Below, piece by piece: positions 59,239 through 64,000 of a stretch of 64,000 nt of DNA (position 1 is the first letter of the stretch; each line of letters opens with the position of its first letter). Position numbers and translations under genes: made by a program. Source of the stretch: an uncultured delta proteobacterium (GTDB lineage Bacteria > Desulfobacterota > Binatia > Binatales > Binataceae); NCBI GenBank assembly GCA_963743865.1, contig CAVURG010000006.1:2624107-2688106 (forward strand). The letters are read 5' to 3'. Under the pieces are notes generated by a model. That model had not been told where the DNA came from, did not search any database, and worked only from the letters and a program-made list of their open reading frames with translations.

Positions 59239-59694
59239 GTGCCTGACGACGCAAAAGTCGCGGAGCTTGGGCGCGTGTTGGGACTGCTGCCCCATCGCTA
59301 TCCGTTTCTGCTGGTCGATCGCATCATAGAACTCGTCAAGGGCCGCATCGTAACCGTCAAGAACGTAAGCTTCAACGAACCGTACTTCGCCGGGCATTTC
59401 CCGGGTCATCCCGTGATGCCGGGGGTGTTGATCGTCGAGGCGCTGGCGCAGTCGGGGGCGATCCTGGCGCTCAATGAAGTGGGCGGGGACCCGGCGCGTC
59501 TGTTCATGCTGACAGGACTGGACAAAGTGCGATTTCGCCGCCGCGTAATCCCGGGCGATCAGCTGCGGATGGAAGTAAAAATTCTAAAATTTCATCGTCC
59601 GCTGTGGCGGATGCAGGCGGTGGCGCGCGTCGGCGACGAACTGGCGGCCCAGGCGGAATTGTCCGCGATGGAAGTCGAGGAGCAAGTCCGATAG
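59239..59694 (+). CDS. fabZ: 3-hydroxyacyl-ACP dehydratase FabZ
   Basis: [17 protein letters not shown]...[27 protein letters not shown], 151 aa. Confidence 0.94.
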   Translation: MPDDAKVAELGRVLGLLPHRYPFLLVDRIIELVKGRIVTVKNVSFNEPYFAGHFPGHPVMPGVLIVEALAQSGAILALNEVGGDPARLFMLTGLDKVRFRRRVIPGDQLRMEVKILKFHRPLWRMQAVARVGDELAAQAELSAMEVEEQVR

Positions 59695-59702
59695 CGGGCC
59701 GA

Positions 59703-60485
59703 ATCCATTCCTCCGCGGTCATCGACAAGCGCGCCGAACTCGACACGAGCGTCGAAGTCGGTCCGGGCGCGGTGATCGGACCGGAGGTCAGGATAGGAGC
59801 CGGCAGCGTGGTCGGCCCTTGCGCGATGATCGAGCGTAACACCACGATCGGCGAGCGCAATCGCATCTGGCAGTTCGCCGCCATCGGCGCGGAACCGCAG
59901 GACCTCAAATTCAAGGGCGAACCGTCAGTCGTCGAAATCGGCGACGACAACATGATTCGCGAGTTCGCGACCATTCACCGCGGCACCGAAGGCGGTGGGA
60001 TGATAACAAAAGTCGGCAGTCACACGCTGGTGATGACGTACGCGCACGTCGCGCACGACTGCATCATCGGCGACCACGTGATCCTGGCGGCGTGCACGGG
60101 GCTGGCCGGCCACTGCGCGATCGAGGAGTACGCTATTTGCGAGGGCCAGGTCGGGGTGCATCAGTTCAGCCGCATCGGCACTCACGCGATCGTGGCGGCG
60201 GGCGCGAAGGTGGCGCAGGACGTGCCGCCGTACTCGATGGTGGCGGGAACCGAGCGCGCGCGGCTGGCGGGCGTCAACGAAGTCGGCCTGCAGCGGCGCG
60301 GCTTCAAGCCCGAAACGATTGCGGCGCTCAAGTCCGCGATCCGCACGCTGTTCTTTTCCAAGATGCTGCGCGACGATGCCGTGAAGCAGGTCCTGGACGA
60401 GTACGGTACGGTTGCCGAGGTCGTGCGGCTGGTTGATTTCATAAACAACTCGAAGCGCGGAGTCGTCGGCCGCGAGCGTGAATAA
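59703..60485 (+). CDS. lpxA: acyl-ACP--UDP-N-acetylglucosamine O-acyltransferase LpxA (no canonical start codon found)
   Basis: Left-handed beta-helix hexapeptide repeats (IHSSAVIDKRAELDTSVEVGPGAVIGPEVRIGAGSVVGP...). Homology begins at IHSS (ATC 59703). The only upstream in-frame start is GTG 59604, inside fabZ, which would add 33 Arg/Gly-rich residues. Confidence 0.88.
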   Translation: MHSSAVIDKRAELDTSVEVGPGAVIGPEVRIGAGSVVGPCAMIERNTTIGERNRIWQFAAIGAEPQDLKFKGEPSVVEIGDDNMIREFATIHRGTEGGGMITKVGSHTLVMTYAHVAHDCIIGDHVILAACTGLAGHCAIEEYAICEGQVGVHQFSRIGTHAIVAAGAKVAQDVPPYSMVAGTERARLAGVNEVGLQRRGFKPETIAALKSAIRTLFFSKMLRDDAVKQVLDEYGTVAEVVRLVDFINNSKRGVVGRERE

Positions 60486-61294
60486 GCTCGGGCTCATCGC
60501 GGGCAACGGCGTCTTCCCGCTCGAAGTGGCGCGCGCCGCACGCGAGCGCGGAATAAAGATCATCGCCGTCGCGCACCTCAATGAAAGCGATCGCGCGCTT
60601 GACTCGGTGGCCGACGAAGTAACCTGGATCAAAGTCGGCGAGCTGCAGAAAATAATCGACGTTTTCAAAAACGCCGGAGTCTCGCAGGCCGCGATGGCCG
60701 GCGGCATCTCGCGCGCGCGGCTGAAAGATTCTTTCGCGCCCGACGCGCGCGCGCTTAAGATGCTGGCGAGGAATCGGACGCTTCAGCGACGACGCTGTGC
60801 TCCGCGGCGTCGCGCGTGAAGTCGAAACCGAGGGAATCAAAATGATCGATCCGATCCCGATGATCGAGCATTGGCTCGCGCGCGCCGGCGTCGGCGCCGG
60901 ACCCGAGCCGACTCCCGCGCAAATCCGCGATCTCGAGCTCGCATTCGCGGTCGCGCGCCGGCTCGGCAGCTACGACATCGGCCAGACGGTCGCGGTTCGC
61001 GACGGAATGGTCGCCGCGGTGGAAGCGCTGGAAGGAACCGACGCCGCGCTGCGCCGCGCAGCCGCGCTGGTGGGCGCGGGCCTGGTGGTGGCCAAGGCGG
61101 CCAAACCGGGCCAGGACATGCGCTTCGATCGCCCCGCGATTGGCCCGGCTACGGTGCAATTGCTCGCCGAGATCGGCGCGGCGATGTTAGGCGTCGAAGC
61201 CGAGGTCGCGCTGATTCTCGAACGCGAGCGCACGCTCGAGCTCGCGTGCGCGAACAACGTGACGTTATACGGCTATGCGGAAGCCAGTGGTTGA
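60478..61294 (+). pseudogene. lpxI: UDP-2,3-diacylglucosamine pyrophosphatase LpxI (DUF1009 family), one extra base at ~60769 (as assembled)
   Basis: MNKLGLIAGNGVFPLEVARAARERGIKIIAVAH... (ORF 60478..60819) and ...DIGQTVAVRDGMVAAVEALEGTDAALRRAA...DMRFDRPAIGPATV (ORF 60797..61294). The junction ctg gcg [a] gga atc gga cgc restores LAGIGRFSDDAVLRGVAREVE. Confidence 0.85.
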
Positions 61295-62238
61295 GCTGCG
61301 CGCCGCAGTGATTGGCGCGGGCCGCCTGGGCACCTTGCACGCGCGCAAGTACGCCGCCATTGCGGGAATCAAGCTCGCACACGTGGTCGATATCGACGCC
61401 GAGCGGGCGCGAGCCGTAGCGATGGAAGTGGGCGCGACGCCGCTGGCCGACTACCGGATGCTGGCGGGCAAGGTGGACCTCGTGACGGTCGCGTCGCCCG
61501 GCGTGACGCATCATGAGATCGCATCCGCGATGCTGAAATCGGGCATCGACGTGCTGCTGGAAAAGCCGATGGCCGAGACGCTGGTGCAGGCGCGTGAACT
61601 GGCCGGACTGGCGTTGACCAGCGGCCGCATTCTTCAGATAGGCCACCTCGAGCGGTTCAATCCGGCGGTCGTTCATCTGCATTCGATCGTGAAAAATCCA
61701 CGCTTCGTGGAATGCCATCGGCTCGCGCCGTTCACCGAGCGCGGCACCGACGTGGATGTGGTGCTCGATCTGATGGTGCACGACCTCGACGTGATCCTGT
61801 CGGTGGCGCCGTCAGAGGTCGCGTCGCTGGAGGCGGTCGGGGTCGCGATCCTTACCGATCGAATCGACCTCGCCAACGCGCGCATCCGCTTCCAGCAGCG
61901 GTCTCATCGCGAATCTGGTCACCAGCCGCGTGTCGGCCCGGCGCGAACGCAAGATTCGCTTCTTCCAGCCCGACGCGTACCTTTCGGTTGATTACGAGGC
62001 GCGCAGCATCCAGATGTATCGCAAAACTCCGCCGGCGCGGGGCGCGCAGTTCCCCACGATCTCGGCGGAGCAGATCGATTTCGGCGAAGGCGATCCGCTC
62101 GCCGACGAAGTCAATGCGTTCGTCGCGGCAGTTCGCAGCAGGTCCACGCCGGCGGTCAGCGCCGAGGACGGACTTCGCGTGATGGAACTAACCGAGAGAA
62201 TCAAGGAAGTGATGCTGACGGATTCGGTCGCGCCTTGA
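61275..62238 (+). pseudogene. Gfo/Idh/MocA-family NAD(P)-dependent oxidoreductase, one extra base at ~61899 (as assembled)
   Basis: Rossmann N-terminus LRAAVIGAGRLGTLHARKY, EKPMA motif. ORFs 61275..61991 and 61930..62238 join at cag cag [c] ggt ctc atc, giving ...RIRFQQGLIANLVTSRVSARRERKIRFFQPDAYLSVDY. Confidence 0.82.
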
Positions 62239-62269
62239 CGCTCGCTGTGCGCTGCGACAGCATCGATTT

Positions 62270-62722
62270 GTGATGCGTCCGATCAGGCTCAAGCTTCTCG
62301 GCGGTCTGGTGCTCGCAGCCGGCGCCGCCGCGTTTCTCATCTTCAGCGCGAGCTCGGATTGCACAACCGTGACCGGCGGCGACGAGGTTCATGTCAACGT
62401 ATGCGCGATGCGTCCCGGTAGCGCGCGGCTTTTCTCTTACACTGATGACGCGGGCAAGCGGCTGCGCTTCGTGCTCGCGCGCGGGGTCGATGGCAAGGTG
62501 CGGTCGGTGTTCGACGCATGCCGCCAGTGCTCCGCGTTCCATCGCGGCTACCGGGTGGTCGGGGGCGAACTGATTTGCCGGGTGTGCGGGAATCACTACC
62601 CAATCGATCGGATGACTGAAGGCAAAGCGTCGTGCGTGCCCGTCAGCTTGCCGCACGAAGACGATTCCGGAATCGTACGCATCAAGACCGCAGATCTTAA
62701 AGCCGGACACGCGCTCTTCTGA
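62270..62722 (+). CDS. membrane-anchored Cys4 protein, DUF2318-like
   Basis: N-terminal TM helix (LLGGLVLAAGAAAFLIF), then FDACRQCSAFHRGYRVVGGELICRVCGNHYPIDRM, which is the CxxC...CxxC pattern I associate with DUF2318. Confidence 0.7.
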   Translation: MMRPIRLKLLGGLVLAAGAAAFLIFSASSDCTTVTGGDEVHVNVCAMRPGSARLFSYTDDAGKRLRFVLARGVDGKVRSVFDACRQCSAFHRGYRVVGGELICRVCGNHYPIDRMTEGKASCVPVSLPHEDDSGIVRIKTADLKAGHALF

Positions 62723-62798
62723 TTATCTGAGTAGCTATAGCAAGACTATGGTTGATATTCGCAACTTAGTAACGGATATATAACCAGTAGGATATAAT
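62723..62798 (+). promoter_or_regulatory. 76-bp AT-rich island (about 33% GC) with TATAAT-like hexamers directly upstream of the SCO1 gene
   Basis: tgattatctgagtagctatagcaagactatggttgatattcgcaacttagtaacggatatataaccagtaggatataat followed by the ATG at 62799. Base composition counted by hand against a ~64% GC background. Confidence 0.4.
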
Positions 62799-63389
62799 AT
62801 GAGTATTCACTGTAACCTCAGGTCTCTCGCCGTCATCATGGTAATGACGTCGAGCCTGTTCGCGGCTGCTGGATGCCGCGGCGACTCAACCACAGCCGCC
62901 TCGAGCTGCCTCACCGACACCAAGCTCGTCGATCAGAATGGCAACCAGGTCTCGCTCGCGTCGCTCAAGGGCAAACCGCTGGTGGTGGATTTCATCTATA
63001 CCTCGTGCCCGGGGGAGTGCCGGATGGAAACGGCGAAGTTGACAAACGTCGCGCTCCGGCTGGGGCCCGACCTCGGTTCGAAGGTCACGATCGTTTCGAT
63101 CAGCGTCGATCCGGAGCATGACGGCCCCAAGCAGTTGCTCGATTACGCACGTCAGCAGGGGGCGGACGAGAAAGGATGGTATTTCCTGACCGGAGGTCCC
63201 GGAGACATCGATAAAGCGCTGGCAGGCTTCAAGCTCAGCCGGCAAATCATGCCGGACGGTTCGATCGGTCACCTGGTCGATATGATGCTGATCGGACCGG
63301 ATGGGCGGTTGGTGCGTGAATACAACGGCGAAATCGTAAAAGCCCAGGATATCGTCGATGACGTCAGAAAGACCCTGAACAAGGGCTGA
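62799..63389 (+). CDS. SCO1/SenC-family copper chaperone (thioredoxin fold)
   Basis: Lipoprotein-like signal (LFAAAGC), CxxxC motif in FIYTSCPGECRM, and the conserved downstream His region (GSIGHLVDMMLIGPDGRL). Confidence 0.88.
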   Translation: MSIHCNLRSLAVIMVMTSSLFAAAGCRGDSTTAASSCLTDTKLVDQNGNQVSLASLKGKPLVVDFIYTSCPGECRMETAKLTNVALRLGPDLGSKVTIVSISVDPEHDGPKQLLDYARQQGADEKGWYFLTGGPGDIDKALAGFKLSRQIMPDGSIGHLVDMMLIGPDGRLVREYNGEIVKAQDIVDDVRKTLNKG

Positions 63390-63399
63390 GAGATGCAGC

Positions 63400-63864
63400 A
63401 TGCGACGAGCTGTCATTTTCGGCTCCGCGATTGCGGCGATTCTGGCGCTGACATGTCTGTGGCCGTCGTTCGGCGGTTCATCGGCGGACAATGGCGGCGC
63501 GCGCGGAGCGATGTGCATCGCGGGTCATTGCTGCTGCGCGGGGCGGGCGGAGGCCGAGACCGTCGCGGCCAACGCGGCGCAGGGCCGTTTGACGCTCGAT
63601 CCAAACCAGTTCACCGGTCCGGTAAAGCAGGCGTACATAGTTGCGGAGAAAAATCCCGCGCTACTGGCGGAACTGCATTGCTATTGCGGATGCGACAAGG
63701 CGGACGGCCATCAGAATCTGCTCGATTGTTATCGCGGCCGCCATGGCGCGACCTGCGAAATCTGCACCGAGGAGGCCTTGCTGGCGGAACGGATGTCGGA
63801 GCAGCGTTCGCCGATCGATCAGATACGCGACGCGATCCGCAGGCGGTTCGCTTCCGACGACTGA
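63400..63864 (+). CDS. PCYCGC-motif (CYCxC family) Cys-rich secreted protein
   Basis: Signal peptide MRRAVIFGSAIAAILALTC, the motif LHCYCGCDKADGHQNLLDCY...GATCEIC, and an extra N-terminal CIAGHCCC cluster. Confidence 0.75.
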   Translation: MRRAVIFGSAIAAILALTCLWPSFGGSSADNGGARGAMCIAGHCCCAGRAEAETVAANAAQGRLTLDPNQFTGPVKQAYIVAEKNPALLAELHCYCGCDKADGHQNLLDCYRGRHGATCEICTEEALLAERMSEQRSPIDQIRDAIRRRFASDD

Positions 63865-63868
63865 ATCG

Positions 63869-63901
63869 CACGGGCGGGGCTATTTGCGGCGCCGTGTTTT
63901 T
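63869..63901 (+). terminator. Rho-independent terminator after the PCYCGC gene
   Basis: cacgggcg...cgccgtg stem (about 7 bp with one bulge, 63869-63896) followed by ttttt (63897-63901). Confidence 0.55.
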
Positions 63902-64000
63902 CAATCACAATCCCTTCGATGCCGTTGAATGCCGAAGCGCCGCCGCCGCTTGATCAACGCCTGAAAGAGACCGCACGCAGGCGCCGCATCATGATCGTTG

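Overview
64-kb, roughly 64% GC chromosomal segment from a diderm (outer-membrane-bearing) bacterium; I cannot assign taxonomy from sequence alone. From about 41.5 kb down to 8.5 kb the minus strand carries the classic translation/transcription supercluster: tRNA-Thr/Tyr/Gly/Thr, rpmG, tRNA-Trp, secE, nusG, rplKAJL, rpoBC, rpsLG, fusA, tuf, then the S10, spc and alpha operons ending in rplQ. Left of it lie tldD, pmbA, a Crp/Fnr regulator, clpB, a c-type cytochrome and a truncated TolC-like gene. Right of it lies an envelope-biogenesis region (rlmB, lptFG, moaA, an orphan GspD-type secretin, lolE/lolD, bamA-skp-fabZ-lpxA-lpxI). It also holds a small accessory patch (DUF971, GH88 hydrolase, alpha/beta hydrolase, LpxL-like acyltransferase) and a Cys-rich DUF2318/SCO1/PCYCGC trio. 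I found no rRNA, CRISPR array, transposase, integrase, phage gene or recognisable defence system, and no convincing novel multi-gene system. The dominant anomaly is data-level. At least about 45 single-base indels (mostly +1, some -1, not in homopolymers) break or scramble essential genes between about 13.2 and 30.4 kb: adk, most ribosomal protein genes, tuf, fusA and the 3' third of rpoC. Flanking DNA (clpB, rpoA, rpoB, bamA, the secretin) is clean apart from three isolated lesions in lptF, lpxI and an oxidoreductase. These are most likely consensus or assembly errors rather than biology, so genes with a broken frame are typed pseudogene, meaning frame-disrupted as assembled. Secondary observations: a Cys4 motif inside EF-Tu, low-complexity tails on several ribosomal proteins, the orphan secretin with a Gly/Met-rich linker, an lpx cluster lacking lpxD and lpxB, and the putative copper-handling trio behind a 33% GC island.
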